Position numbers and translations under genes: made by a program. DNA of 64,000 bases from an uncultured bacterium (GTDB taxonomy: Bacteria > Bacillota_I > Bacilli_A > RF39 > UBA660): positions 13,498 through 77,497 of the forward strand of contig CAUERX010000002.1 of NCBI GenBank assembly GCA_959020415.1, written 5' to 3'. The stretch's first letter is position 1. Each line of letters begins with the position of its first letter. Shown here piece after piece: positions 11,805-22,184 of this stretch. The notes beneath the pieces are model-generated. The model had not been told where the DNA came from. It made no database searches and worked only from the letters and a program-made list of their open reading frames with translations.

Positions 11805-12593
11805 CTACTTTTCTTCCTCAGTAGTTTCAGTTTGAGCTTCTGCGTTTTCTAAAGATGCTTCGGTTTCTGCTTCTTGAACTTCAGTTTCTACTGTTTCAAC
11901 AGTTTCTGCTGGAGTTTCTTCAGTAACCCAAGAAATTAATTCAGGTCTTTCGTTAATCTTGTTAGGTTTTTTAACAGCACTTTTAATGATTACTAATCCT
12001 TTTTTAGGTCCAGGAATGTTTCCTTTAACTAAAATTACATTATTCTCAATATCTACTGCAACGATTTCTAAGTTTTGAATAGTTACAGTGTTAACTCCCA
12101 TATGACCTGGTAATTTTTTACCTTTGAATACACGCATTGGTCTCATTGTTCCCATACTACCTGGACGTCTGTGGTAGTGTGAACCATGCCCCATAGGGCC
12201 TCTGTGTTGTCCGTGTCTCTTAATAACACCTTGGAACCCTTTACCTTTTGAAGTTCCAGTTACATCAACGACTTCTCCTCTAGTAAAAATATCAGCTGTG
12301 ATTTCTTGTCCTAAAGTATAGTCTTCAACATTAACACCTCTAATTTCTTTAAAGAAGCGCTTAGGTGTAGTTTTTGCTTTAGCTGTATGACCAGCTGAAG
12401 CTTTTGTCGCTAACTTTTCTCTCTTTGTGTCAAATCCAAGTTGGATAGCATCATAACCATCATTAGCTTTTGTTTTAACTTGAGTAACAACATTTGGAGT
12501 TACTTCAACAACAGTTACTGGTGTTAATTTGCCTTCTTGGTCAAACACTTGAGTCATACCAATTTTACGACCTAAGATTCCTTTCATTTTCAT
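11805..12593 (-). CDS. rplC: 50S ribosomal protein L3 with a ~45-50 aa acidic Glu/Thr-rich C-terminal extension
   Basis: 262 aa; core [16 protein letters not shown]...; tail ...[39 protein letters not shown]. Confidence 0.85.
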   Translation of the reverse strand: MKMKGILGRKIGMTQVFDQEGKLTPVTVVEVTPNVVTQVKTKANDGYDAIQLGFDTKREKLATKASAGHTAKAKTTPKRFFKEIRGVNVEDYTLGQEITADIFTRGEVVDVTGTSKGKGFQGVIKRHGQHRGPMGHGSHYHRRPGSMGTMRPMRVFKGKKLPGHMGVNTVTIQNLEIVAVDIENNVILVKGNIPGPKKGLVIIKSAVKKPNKINERPELISWVTEETPAETVETVETEVQEAETEASLENAEAQTETTEEEK

Positions 12594-12598
12594 TCCTC

Positions 12599-12907
12599 CT
12601 ATAATTTAATTTGAATATCAACGCCGCTTGGAATATCTAGATGCGATAAAGCATCGATAGTCTCCTTGCTTGGGTTATTGATATCAATAAGTCTTTTGTG
12701 TGTTCTTTTTTCGAATTGCTCACGTGAATCTTTGTCTTTGTGAACAGCTCTTAAAATTGTTATTTTTTCAACTTCAGTTGGTAGTGGAATTGGTCCACTT
12801 ACTTCCCCACCAGTTCTTTTTACAGTCTCAACGATTTTAGCACAAGCTTTATCCAAACTTTTGTGTTCAAATGCCTTAAGTCTGATACGAACTTTAGTTT
12901 TAGACAT
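12599..12907 (-). CDS. rpsJ: 30S ribosomal protein S10
   Basis: 102 aa [19 protein letters not shown]. Confidence 0.9.
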   Translation of the reverse strand: MSKTKVRIRLKAFEHKSLDKACAKIVETVKRTGGEVSGPIPLPTEVEKITILRAVHKDKDSREQFEKRTHKRLIDINNPSKETIDALSHLDIPSGVDIQIKL

Positions 12908-13041
12908 ATTGTATCCTCCTTTCGCCTATATCTTCAGTATAGACTGCTCCGTGTAAAAACCCGAGTATGCCGTTGCAAATGTTTGCAACTTAACCTAGCG
13001 TCTCGGCAACCTCACACATCATCGCACGCCACACATTCAAA

Positions 13042-13070
13042 AGTATACATGATTATTCTATGAAAATCAA
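13042..13070 (-). promoter_or_regulatory. candidate sigma-A promoter of the S10 operon (TTGATT-17-TATACT on the minus strand)
   Basis: -35 is the reverse-complement of 13065-13070, -10 the reverse-complement of 13042-13047, with a 17-nt spacer; followed by a ~130-nt GC-enriched leader (12908-13040). Confidence 0.5.
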
Positions 13071-13161
13071 GGGCTTTTTAGAACTTTTTTCAATTTATTT
13101 GACATTTTTTGATGTTGGTAAATTTCTAATCTTTATTAAGTACTTCTGAATTTAAAAGTAT

Positions 13162-13190
13162 TTGACTTTATATTTGTTTTGTGTTAGAAT
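13162..13190 (+). promoter_or_regulatory. candidate sigma-A promoter TTGACT-17-TAGAAT for the 13222 gene
   Basis: TTGACT 13162-13167, TAGAAT 13185-13190, 17-nt spacer, ~30 nt upstream of the ATG. Confidence 0.55.
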
Positions 13191-13221
13191 ACACCATCAT
13201 ATATTAAAAAGGGAAAGGTTT

Positions 13222-14163
13222 ATGGAAGAAAATATTGAAAGACGTAGATTTTTAAAATTGGCCGGAACTACTGCACTTTCTGTGGCATTCGGAAGTTTTT
13301 TAGAAGGCTGAGCTAAAAAGGAAGACAATATAAGTGCTATTTCAATTGAGAGATGTTTTCACGATGAAAATAATGAAGGAATTGATGATACGTTTGAGCA
13401 AATAGTTGAAAGTAGTGATGAAAAGATTGCAGAAATCGCTAAAATTGAAGCGTATGTAAATTTTATAAAAGTGTGCAATGATAATTTTACAGATTCGGTT
13501 GTTAAGCCAAGCACTAAAGAGAATATCTTGGATAGGCTTCAACAAGGGGAGGAATACTCTTTGGCAGATATTGAAACTCTTACTAAAAAAATGGACAGAT
13601 TTCAAGAACTTAGCCAAGATGAAGCAATTAAAACTGCTTCTGGGGAGCAAGAAGAATATTATCACATTGCTAGAGATTTATATCGTGACTTTTTAATTAC
13701 AAATGATTATCTAAAGAGACAGTCGTTTGATGTACTAGCTAATTTTGGACTTGATTTAACTAAAGCTATTTTAATTGATACTGCTGGTTTTAGTGGTACT
13801 ATTGATAATGTTACTATTCCTCAACGTCCTTCTACTTCGGATCCTACTTTACAAGACTATAGCATTTCTTATGAGAATGATGGATATGTAGCAAAATTAT
13901 CTGTTCCGTCGGGGTCTTGTGTTTATGATATTGTTGATAACGTATATAAATGTCAAAATTCACATACCAGATATAACCAAGGTGAGTTTGATGGAGCGTA
14001 TGATAATGATGCCATAGAATTAATCCAAACAACTATTGATTCATATAAGACCGGAACTGCTTTAAGTGCTGAAATTACTGAACCTAGTTTCTTATCTTAT
14101 AGTGATTGTTTAAAATCAAATTCTCGCGAAGAAGCAGGTAAAGCTTTAGTGGCTAAATTATAG
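13222..14163 (+). CDS. hypothetical exported protein. N-terminal twin-arginine (RRRFLK) signal region 13222-13308, in-frame UGA at 13309-13311, then an uninterrupted frame to 14163 (ORF-track CDS 13471-14163)
   Basis: ATG 13222 with AAGGGAAAGG RBS; MEENIERRRFLKLAGTTALSVAFGSFLEG-TGA-AKKEDN... in frame with the 230-aa ORF; possible pseudogene, recoding or error. Confidence 0.45.
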
Positions 14164-14165
14164 CA

Positions 14166-14200
14166 TTCAAAAAAACAAGTAAACTCACTTGTTTTTTTAT
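14166..14200. terminator. bidirectional rho-independent terminator between convergent genes
   Basis: aaaaaaacaagtaaactcacttgttttttt hairpin flanked by A/T runs. Confidence 0.7.
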
Positions 14201-15069
14201 TTGATTACTTCATATTTTGTTAAATAAAAGTTGTCATTTTCTTTTTTAAATGTATATTTATATTTTGGGTAACTAGCTTTTTTGCTTTTAAAGTTATTCT
14301 CATAATCAGAGATTATTTTATTGGTGTTGATGCTTCCGTCGTTGTTTAAATACGTTTCAAAATCAGCAATTTTTACAGTTCCAGTTGGATCTGCTGAAAT
14401 AAATTCGTTATCACGCATATTAGTATAAATGTTTGTTACAATTAAAGTATAGTTACCTTTTTCTTTTTCAATGCTAATTACTTTAGTATACATCGGCTCA
14501 CTACCTTTAACTAATCCATCATGTGGATGCTCACCTGTGAAACTATATTCTTTGGTTAAACTATCATATTTATAAATTGGAGTTTTATCGACTGGGCATA
14601 TGATTGTTTGATAGCCTACATTAGTTATTCCAAAATTATCTTTAAAATAGTTATCTAAAGTTTCTACCGGTAAAGAAGAACAACTTCTATTGTTTAAACA
14701 ATTACCAACAGCAGTAAGGGCGGCAGTAAGTACTTCGTTGTCAATAAGTTCATTATCAAATGTTATACTCGATGGATAGTTTTTTGCTCCAATTATTAGC
14801 CATACATTATCTTCTTCTATTGTTGTGACTAATCTTTCAGCAATACCATTTAAATCTTCCTTAGGTTCTTCTTTATTTTCTTCCTTTTTAGTTTCTGATT
14901 CTTTTACGTTTTCTTTGGCAAAGAATTTATCATAAATAAGATATCCACCTAATCCTAGGATAATTAAAAATAAAATAACAGTAATTATTGTTTTTCCCTT
15001 TTTATTTTTTTTGTTTGGTTTCACTGGATTTTGATATACATTTAATGTTTCTTCTTTATTTTTGTTCAT
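14197..15069 (-). CDS. hypothetical N-terminally membrane-anchored protein with a Lys/Glu-rich linker
   Basis: 290 aa, one TM helix (TIITVILFLIILGLGGYLIY), no recognisable family. Confidence 0.6.
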   Translation of the reverse strand: MNKNKEETLNVYQNPVKPNKKNKKGKTIITVILFLIILGLGGYLIYDKFFAKENVKESETKKEENKEEPKEDLNGIAERLVTTIEEDNVWLIIGAKNYPSSITFDNELIDNEVLTAALTAVGNCLNNRSCSSLPVETLDNYFKDNFGITNVGYQTIICPVDKTPIYKYDSLTKEYSFTGEHPHDGLVKGSEPMYTKVISIEKEKGNYTLIVTNIYTNMRDNEFISADPTGTVKIADFETYLNNDGSINTNKIISDYENNFKSKKASYPKYKYTFKKENDNFYLTKYEVIK

Positions 15070-15154
15070 ATTTCCTCCTATCTTGCTTTAATTATAGCAT
15101 GTATTTCTTTTTTAGCTTATAGTTTTTTAGGCTTGTTGACAATAACAATGTCTA

Positions 15155-15183
15155 TTGATTAAGTTTACTAGTTATTGTATAAT
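15155..15183 (+). promoter_or_regulatory. candidate sigma-A promoter TTGATT-17-TATAAT for gpsA
   Basis: 15155-15160 TTGATT, 15178-15183 TATAAT. Confidence 0.55.
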
Positions 15184-15200
15184 TAAATTTAGGTGATATA

Positions 15201-16172
15201 ATGAAAATATGTGTTTTAGGATGCGGAGCTTATGGTTCAGCATTATCAATGATTTTAAGTGAAAATAAAAATGAAGTAGTCGCTTGGACAGCTTTTGAAG
15301 AAGAGGCAAAAGCCCTTAATAAAACTAGAATTGCGCCTAAACTTCCAGGTGTGGTTTTACCAGAGGATATTAAGTTTACTACCGATTTAAAGAAAGCTTG
15401 TGAAGACGCTGCTTTTGTTTTAGTGGCTATTCCAACAGCTTTTGTCCGTGATACTTTAAGCAAAGCTAAAGAATATATAAAAGATAAACCTATTTGTATT
15501 GCATCTAAAGGTATTGAACAAGATAGCTGCTTGTTTGTTTCTGACATTGCCAAGAAGATTTTAGATACGGATAATATTGCAGCTTTTTCTGGACCATCTT
15601 TTGCAATTGACGTAGCAAATAAAGTACCGGTAGGACTTACTTTAGCTTGTCAGCACAAAGAAACAACTTCAATGATTACAAAGGCTTTTTGTAATAGTCA
15701 TTTTAAATTAAGAATTTGCAGTGATATTGTGGGAACAGAAATTTGCGGAGCTATTAAAAATGTTATTGCCATAGCAGCCGGAATTTTAGATGGAATGGGA
15801 ATGCCAGAAAGCACTTCAGCAATGTTTATAACAGAATCAATTCACGATATTAAAGAATTAATTAAAGGATTAGGGGGCGATGGTAGTACTATTTTATCAT
15901 TTGCCGGATTTGGTGACCTTTTGTTAACTGCAACTAGTCCCAAGAGTCGTAACTACTCTTTTGGCCATTTAATTGGTAGTGGGGCAACTAAGGAAGAAAT
16001 TGATAATTATATTAATAATACAACAATTGAAGGGTTATATACTTTAAAATCAGTTCATCAATTAATTCAAGGGCGTAATGTAGAAATGCCAATTATTGAT
16101 TTAATAGATGAAATTATATATGGTAATAAAGAACCTGAAGCTTTAGTCGATTTCTTAATTCAAAAACCTTAA
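15201..16172 (+). CDS. gpsA: NAD(P)H-dependent glycerol-3-phosphate dehydrogenase
   Basis: 323 aa MKICVLGCGAYGSALSMIL (Rossmann GxGxxG), typical GpsA length. Confidence 0.85.
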   Translation: MKICVLGCGAYGSALSMILSENKNEVVAWTAFEEEAKALNKTRIAPKLPGVVLPEDIKFTTDLKKACEDAAFVLVAIPTAFVRDTLSKAKEYIKDKPICIASKGIEQDSCLFVSDIAKKILDTDNIAAFSGPSFAIDVANKVPVGLTLACQHKETTSMITKAFCNSHFKLRICSDIVGTEICGAIKNVIAIAAGILDGMGMPESTSAMFITESIHDIKELIKGLGGDGSTILSFAGFGDLLLTATSPKSRNYSFGHLIGSGATKEEIDNYINNTTIEGLYTLKSVHQLIQGRNVEMPIIDLIDEIIYGNKEPEALVDFLIQKP

Positions 16173-16189
16173 TGCATATAAAAAAGCGA

Positions 16190-16525
16190 TTAATCGCTTT
16201 TTATTTTGAATGAAGGAAGAATAATTTTTTGTCTTGGAGACATAATTTCAAATCTTTCTTGAAATGTTTGGCTGCTTATAGCATTTAATACTGTGATTGG
16301 CCTTTTTGTGTTCTCATACTCATAAGTTTGACCAATTTCAAATTGATCTGGCAAGTCATTAATTCCAGTAACATTGTGATAGCAATGTATCCCTAAAACA
16401 TTTAAAACAACTTCTATCATTACCCCCCATTTTATAACCTCTAACCCTTGTGATTGTAAAGATAAAACGTAGCCTCTCCAAACCGCGTAATCAGGATTTT
16501 CATTTGCTTTAGCGTAAGATGTCAA
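16190..16525 (-). CDS. hypothetical protein (TTG start; last codons run into the gpsA terminator hairpin)
   Basis: 111 aa ORF, no family recognised, weak start. Confidence 0.3.
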   Translation of the reverse strand: MTSYAKANENPDYAVWRGYVLSLQSQGLEVIKWGVMIEVVLNVLGIHCYHNVTGINDLPDQFEIGQTYEYENTKRPITVLNAISSQTFQERFEIMSPRQKIILPSFKIKSD

Positions 16526-16840
16526 TCTATATAAAACATTCTTAGCTGAAAAGAAATTCTTAATAGTATACGTGTGATGTAAAAATGATATTTTATCACT
16601 TATTTAAGCTTTGAAGTAATGATTGCCCACGTTAATCGGTTGATTTAATTTCAGAAAAATCAATATATGGGATATCCCAATTTTTATTAGTAATTTGAAA
16701 AAAATTCACAATCTTCAGTTAATGCACGTTTTAAAAGTACGACATAGCTAATTTAAGTTTTTATTTTTTGTTAGTATATTATTAATTTGAATTATTCTAT
16801 ACCTTCTTTCTTATTTTTTTAGATAAAAAGGCAATGATTA

Positions 16841-18829
16841 TTAATCTTTGCCTTCTTTTAAATTATCAATTAATTCTTCTTTAGTCATTTTACTGTAACC
16901 TTTTATTTTTTTCTCTTTAGCCATTTCTTCTAATTCTTCAATTGATAAATCAACCAAAGATGCTTCTTTAATTTCTTCTGCTTCAACATTTTCTGGCATA
17001 TGTCCATTTTCTACAAGGTAGTCAATTTGTTCTTTGGTAATGGTTTCATATTTTAATAATGATTGAGCAATTAATTCTAAGAGATCCATGTTATCTTTAA
17101 TAAGTTTTTTAGCAACTTCATATTGACCTAGGATAATCTTACGAACTTCTTCGTCCACTTCATTAGCCACAGCTGATGAGAAGTTTTGTTTTTTATTATA
17201 ATCCCTTCCAAGGAAGACATTTGATGATTCTTGACTTTCAAATTGAATTGGTCCTAAATCGCTCATTCCATATTCGGTAACCATGGCTCTAGCAACTTTG
17301 GTTGCTCTTTCGATATCATTGCTAGCGCCGCTTGTTTTTTCGTTAAATAATAACTCTTCTGCAACACGGCCACCTAATAATCCGGCTATTTCTTCTAGTA
17401 AGTCTTTCTTAGTAGCTAAAGCACGGTCTTCTTTTGGTAGCATCATGTTATAACCTAAGGCTGGCCCTCTTGGAATAATTGTTATTTTATGAACATCATT
17501 AGCACCATTTAATTTCAAGCCAATAATAGCATGCCCTGCTTCATGATAAGCCGTTATCTTAGCTTCATTATCACTAATTTTTCTAGTAACTTTTGCCGGT
17601 CCCATAAGAACACGATCTTGGGCTTCATCAATTTCATTCATAGTTATAGCATTTTTATTACGCCTTACTGCTAGCAATGCAGCTTCGTTTAATAAGTTTT
17701 CAAGATCTGCACCACTGAAACTTACAGTTCGTTTAGCAACGTTTTTCATTATTACGTCTTTAGCAAATGTTTTTCCTTTTGCGTGAACTTTTAAGATTTC
17801 TTCACGACCTTTTGCATCTGGTAAATTAACAGTAATTTGTCTGTCGAATCTTCCAGGTCTTAGTAAGGCAGGATCTAAAACATCTGGACGGTTAGTAGCA
17901 GCAATTATAATAATTCCTTCATTAACACCAAAACCATCCATTTCAGTTAATAATTGGTTTAATGTTTGTTCTCTTTCGTCGTGTCCACCACCTAAGCCGG
18001 CACCTCTTTGTCTTCCAACAGCATCAATTTCATCGATAAAGATTAAACATGGAGCATTTTGTTTAGCCTGTTTAAACATATCACGAACACGTGATGCTCC
18101 TACTCCGACAAATAATTCAACGAATTCCGAACCACTAATAAAGTAGAATGGGACATTAGCTTCACCAGCTACGGCTTTAGCAAGTAAAGTCTTACCTGTT
18201 CCTGGAGGACCAACTAGTAAAACACCTTTTGGTATTCTAGCGCCCATTTTTTGGAATTTCTTAGGGTTTTTTAAGAAGTCAATTAATTCTGATACTTCTT
18301 CTTTTTCTTCAGTAAGTCCAGCAACTTCTTCAAAGGTTACTTTTCCTTCTCCCGTTGTTAATCTTGCTTTACTCTTACCAAAGTCCATTGATTTGCTATT
18401 ACCACCCATTTGTCTAGTAATAAAGTAGAAACCTAATCCTATTAATAGTACCATTGGCAAAACGTTCATTATGAATAGTAATAAAGTGCTTGACTCTGGG
18501 TCAGTAGTGGTTGTCATTTTGAAACCATTTTTATCTTCGGCTTCCAATAGTTTTACCATTGTTTCATTCGTAAGTGGCATATTGAAAGTGAAGGTTTCAT
18601 TACTCTTATAATCTTTTAATTTACCACTGATAGTATAAATACTAGCACGGCTTCTTGGAGTAACATTTATTTCTTTTACCTGTTTATTTTCAACAGCATC
18701 AGTAAATTCACCATAAGTGATTTCGTGAACTTCTTTATTTAATGTACTAAAGATGATCATGATACCGAATAAGAAAATTAATAAAAACAGATAAGGTAAC
18801 AATCCTTTTTTCACAGTGTTTTTGTTCAT
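16841..18829 (-). CDS. ftsH: ATP-dependent zinc metalloprotease FtsH
   Basis: 662 aa; Walker [16 protein letters not shown] zinc motif, two N-terminal TM helices. Confidence 0.95.
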   Translation of the reverse strand: MNKNTVKKGLLPYLFLLIFLFGIMIIFSTLNKEVHEITYGEFTDAVENKQVKEINVTPRSRASIYTISGKLKDYKSNETFTFNMPLTNETMVKLLEAEDKNGFKMTTTTDPESSTLLLFIMNVLPMVLLIGLGFYFITRQMGGNSKSMDFGKSKARLTTGEGKVTFEEVAGLTEEKEEVSELIDFLKNPKKFQKMGARIPKGVLLVGPPGTGKTLLAKAVAGEANVPFYFISGSEFVELFVGVGASRVRDMFKQAKQNAPCLIFIDEIDAVGRQRGAGLGGGHDEREQTLNQLLTEMDGFGVNEGIIIIAATNRPDVLDPALLRPGRFDRQITVNLPDAKGREEILKVHAKGKTFAKDVIMKNVAKRTVSFSGADLENLLNEAALLAVRRNKNAITMNEIDEAQDRVLMGPAKVTRKISDNEAKITAYHEAGHAIIGLKLNGANDVHKITIIPRGPALGYNMMLPKEDRALATKKDLLEEIAGLLGGRVAEELLFNEKTSGASNDIERATKVARAMVTEYGMSDLGPIQFESQESSNVFLGRDYNKKQNFSSAVANEVDEEVRKIILGQYEVAKKLIKDNMDLLELIAQSLLKYETITKEQIDYLVENGHMPENVEAEEIKEASLVDLSIEELEEMAKEKKIKGYSKMTKEELIDNLKEGKD

Positions 18830-18847
18830 GACAAAACTCCCTTCTTT

Positions 18848-20200
18848 TTAGATATACTCCAATATTATATCATAGTTTTCGTCTTTTTGTTTATCAAATT
18901 TTGATTTTTTAAGTCCTGGAATCCAAAGTACGACTCCTTCGCTATCAACAAGGATAGGCCAGGTACGTCTTTCGATTGCTGGAATCTTTTCATCAATAAA
19001 AATATCTTTGATTTTTTTAGTACCATTTAAGCCCTTAATTTCAATCTTGTCACCATCTTCTTTATTCCTTATATAAAGAGGTAATTTTAAGTCTTTTGTA
19101 TTTAAACGACAAATATTGTTACTATTGTTGTTTGTTTCTTTAATTATTTTTATTGTTTTTTGGTTTGGTAAAGTTATAAAATCGAATAATTCTAATTTAT
19201 AATTTTCTTTTGGATTATTTTCTTTAATACTCAATTGATTATAACTTTTAACGACAGTTTTATTATTTGGTAAGTTGATTATTTGATTGGGTTTTTCACT
19301 AAAAATAAGTTCTTCAATAAGTTCAGTATGTTTATCAGTTATTAGCATCAAATCATCTTGATAAAACTTTTCTAAAATTTGATTAATGATTTTAAGTCTA
19401 ATAACTTGGTCAAGATTCTTAAATTTAGAAATATTTAAAACTTCATTTTGATAAACTTCATTTTGATGCTTATTTGCTTCCTTATTAATATAGTCATCAT
19501 ACATTTCTAAAGTTTTATTGAATTTATAAAATTTATGGTGAACATTTTTATCTTCATTTTTTAAAGGTGGCAATATATATTTTCGGAAACGATTTCTGGT
19601 ATATACATCTTTTTCGTTGGACTTATCCACAGCATAGGGTATTTTGTTTTCTTGAACATAGGATAATATCTCATCTTTAGTGTAAGTGATGAGTGGTCTT
19701 AAAATAGTATAATTTTCTTTTTGGGATTTTTCTGAAAATCCGGCATAGCCTTTAAGACTTGATCCTCTAACAATACGCATAAGAACTGTTTCCATTAAAT
19801 CATCACCATGATGGGCTGTCAAAAGGTGCTTAGCTTTACACTTGTTTACAATTTTTTCAAAAAAATTATATCTTTTAATTCGTGCATCATTATGAAAATT
19901 ATCGTCATTATAAGCATCAATGGTCATAAATTCGAAAAATATGTCTTTTTTTGTACAAAAATCTTTGACCATTACAGCTTCGGCTTCGCTTTCAATTCTA
20001 AGCTTATGATTTACATGAGCACAAACGACTTTTAAGTTTAATTCTGTTTTTAAGCTATTAACTAGGTGTAATAAAGCCATGGAATCTGGTCCACCTGAGG
20101 TGGCTACAACAACTGTTTCATTTTTCAAATTATTTCTTAATCTATCTAAGGCATCATTCATTATTGTCACCCCAATTGATTGGTTTAATACCATGTTCAA
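18848..20200 (-). CDS. tilS: tRNA(Ile)-lysidine synthetase (true start may be the internal Met at ~20161)
   Basis: PP-loop SGGPDSMAL; sits just after ftsH in transcription order. Confidence 0.8.
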   Translation of the reverse strand: MNMVLNQSIGVTIMNDALDRLRNNLKNETVVVATSGGPDSMALLHLVNSLKTELNLKVVCAHVNHKLRIESEAEAVMVKDFCTKKDIFFEFMTIDAYNDDNFHNDARIKRYNFFEKIVNKCKAKHLLTAHHGDDLMETVLMRIVRGSSLKGYAGFSEKSQKENYTILRPLITYTKDEILSYVQENKIPYAVDKSNEKDVYTRNRFRKYILPPLKNEDKNVHHKFYKFNKTLEMYDDYINKEANKHQNEVYQNEVLNISKFKNLDQVIRLKIINQILEKFYQDDLMLITDKHTELIEELIFSEKPNQIINLPNNKTVVKSYNQLSIKENNPKENYKLELFDFITLPNQKTIKIIKETNNNSNNICRLNTKDLKLPLYIRNKEDGDKIEIKGLNGTKKIKDIFIDEKIPAIERRTWPILVDSEGVVLWIPGLKKSKFDKQKDENYDIILEYI

Positions 20201-20819
20201 CTAAAAAATTATTAGTTTTAGAAAATGGCTTACTTCCAAAGAAGCCACGACTAGCAGATAATGGTGATGGATGTGGGCTTTCTATAATATAGTGATTAGG
20301 GTTTGTAATTAATTCTTTTTTACTTCTTGCATATGCTCCCCAGAAGATAAAGACAATCGGTTCTTCTCTTTTATTTAATAACTTTATTAAATCATCAGTG
20401 AAAGTTTCCCAGCCTTTACCTTTGTGGGCTAAAGGAGTGTCTTTGACAACTGTCATAATTGAGTTTAAAAGAAACACACCTTGTTTTGCCCAGTCTGTTA
20501 AATTATTATTTGTTCTTTTAATTCCTAGGTCACTATATAATTCTTTGAAAATATTATCTAATGATGGTGGTCTTTTAACACCTGCTTCTACTGAAAAGGA
20601 TAATCCGTGAGCTTCTTTAGGACCATGATATGGATCTTGACCGAGAATCACGACTTTTACTTCATCATAATCTGTATATCTTAATGCGTTGAAAATATTT
20701 TTATATTCTGGATATATTATTTTTTTATTATATTCATTCTTAACAAAGACGCCTAATTTTTTGAAATATGGTTTTTGCATTTCTTCTTTTAAGACTTCAT
20801 CCCATTTTTTATTGATCAT
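20154..20819 (-). CDS. ung: uracil-DNA glycosylase
   Basis: VILGQDPYHGPKEAHGLSFSV and HPSPLSA motifs. Confidence 0.9.
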   Translation of the reverse strand: MINKKWDEVLKEEMQKPYFKKLGVFVKNEYNKKIIYPEYKNIFNALRYTDYDEVKVVILGQDPYHGPKEAHGLSFSVEAGVKRPPSLDNIFKELYSDLGIKRTNNNLTDWAKQGVFLLNSIMTVVKDTPLAHKGKGWETFTDDLIKLLNKREEPIVFIFWGAYARSKKELITNPNHYIIESPHPSPLSASRGFFGSKPFSKTNNFLVEHGIKPINWGDNNE

Positions 20820-20834
20820 ATATAACACCTCTGG

Positions 20835-22118
20835 CTATATTCTATCATATTTTTGATGATATTTAACAATTTCTTCCTTTAATTTGTACATTGCATAAAT
20901 ATTAATAATGGCTAAAACAGCAACTAAAATATCAACTATTTGCCAAATGATACTTGGTGAGGTAACGGTTCCGGATAAAACGCTTAAGGGAACGATTATT
21001 TTTAAAAAGCTGATATTAATTTTTTTAGAAAGAAATTTCAAACTTGATTCGCAATAATAATAGCCGGTCAAAATGGTTGAAAAAGAGAATAGTAAAATAC
21101 ACAAAACCAAGAGAACATTTCCAACATTACCAAAGTGATAATTAAAAGCTAAATTAGTTAATTCAATACCATTTGGGTTATCGATAAAGACATCTTTATA
21201 ATCAAAAATTAAAATCATGAAAGCGGTGGCCGTACAAATAAGAATTGTTGTTATATAAATTCCGAGGACTTGGATATAACCACTTTTATTACCATTATCA
21301 CTATTTGAACTACTGGCTGCTATGGCCCCTAAACCAATTCCCGATTCGTTAGAAAAAATACCTCTTTGGACACCTATTAACATAGTAACCAAAAATCCAC
21401 TTAAAAATGGTTTTAGGTTGAAAGCATTGGTTACAATTAATTTAATAACTTCAGGAAATTTTTCAAAGTTGACTATTATAACAAAAAGGGCCATTCCAAT
21501 ATATAAAATTGTCATGAATGGTACTAGCTTATCAGTTACTTTAGTTATCTTTTTAATACCGCCACTAATTATGACAAAGGAAAGAATAGCTAAAATAATT
21601 CCTATTAAAAGATGATTACTGATAAAAAGCATATCCATTGATTTTACAATAGTGTTAGATTGTATTGGAATAAAACCACTTAAATAAGCAAAAATAACAA
21701 TTAATGAATAAATAATAGCTAGATGCTTGTTTTTTAAACCGTTCTTTATATAATGTGAAGGGCCACCGAGGCTCTCTTTATTACTAGTTTCTTTATATTT
21801 AATGGCAAGTAAGGTTTCGGTATAGGCTAAAACACCTGATATTAAAGCGATGGTCCACATCCAGAAAATTGTCCCTGGACCACCTATATAAATAGCTAAA
21901 GCAACGCCAGCAATGCTGCCGACACCAATTCTTCCTGCTAAAGTTAAGCATAAAGTTTTGATAGGAGTGATACCTTGATGGTTGGTACTTTTCAATGATT
22001 TAATTATTTTTTTAAAATTAAACTGTGGAAAAGTTAGTTTTTTACTGAAATACACACCAAACATAATAATTAGGGCTGTTACAATTGCCCAGAGAACGGC
22101 ATTGATATTTTCAAGCAT
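20835..22118 (-). CDS. sodium:alanine (AGCS family) symporter
   Basis: 427 aa polytopic membrane protein with AGCS-like N-terminus. Confidence 0.6.
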   Translation of the reverse strand: MLENINAVLWAIVTALIIMFGVYFSKKLTFPQFNFKKIIKSLKSTNHQGITPIKTLCLTLAGRIGVGSIAGVALAIYIGGPGTIFWMWTIALISGVLAYTETLLAIKYKETSNKESLGGPSHYIKNGLKNKHLAIIYSLIVIFAYLSGFIPIQSNTIVKSMDMLFISNHLLIGIILAILSFVIISGGIKKITKVTDKLVPFMTILYIGMALFVIIVNFEKFPEVIKLIVTNAFNLKPFLSGFLVTMLIGVQRGIFSNESGIGLGAIAASSSNSDNGNKSGYIQVLGIYITTILICTATAFMILIFDYKDVFIDNPNGIELTNLAFNYHFGNVGNVLLVLCILLFSFSTILTGYYYCESSLKFLSKKINISFLKIIVPLSVLSGTVTSPSIIWQIVDILVAVLAIINIYAMYKLKEEIVKYHQKYDRI

Positions 22119-22184
22119 ATAAAATCACCAAAACTATTTTATGCTTTGGTGACTTAAAATATTTATATGGCGGAAAAGTGGATA

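Noticed and set aside
12930-13040. GC-rich patch upstream of rpsJ as a tRNA gene
   Set aside because: No acceptor-stem/T-loop (GTTCGAATC-like) architecture on either strand; it better fits an mRNA leader
13309-13311. Reading the in-frame TGA as tryptophan (genetic code 4, Mycoplasma/Spiroplasma-like organism)
   Set aside because: All large housekeeping genes in the window (gyrA 821 aa, gyrB 641 aa, mfd 1097 aa, ftsH 662 aa, dnaA, dnaX, secY and others) are full length under the standard code with TGA as stop. A code-4 genome would fragment them
13342-13665. Minus-strand 107-aa ORF overlapping the 13222-14163 gene
   Set aside because: Antisense to a better-supported plus-strand gene with its own promoter and RBS; low-complexity Ile/Phe/Lys translation typical of AT-rich antisense frames
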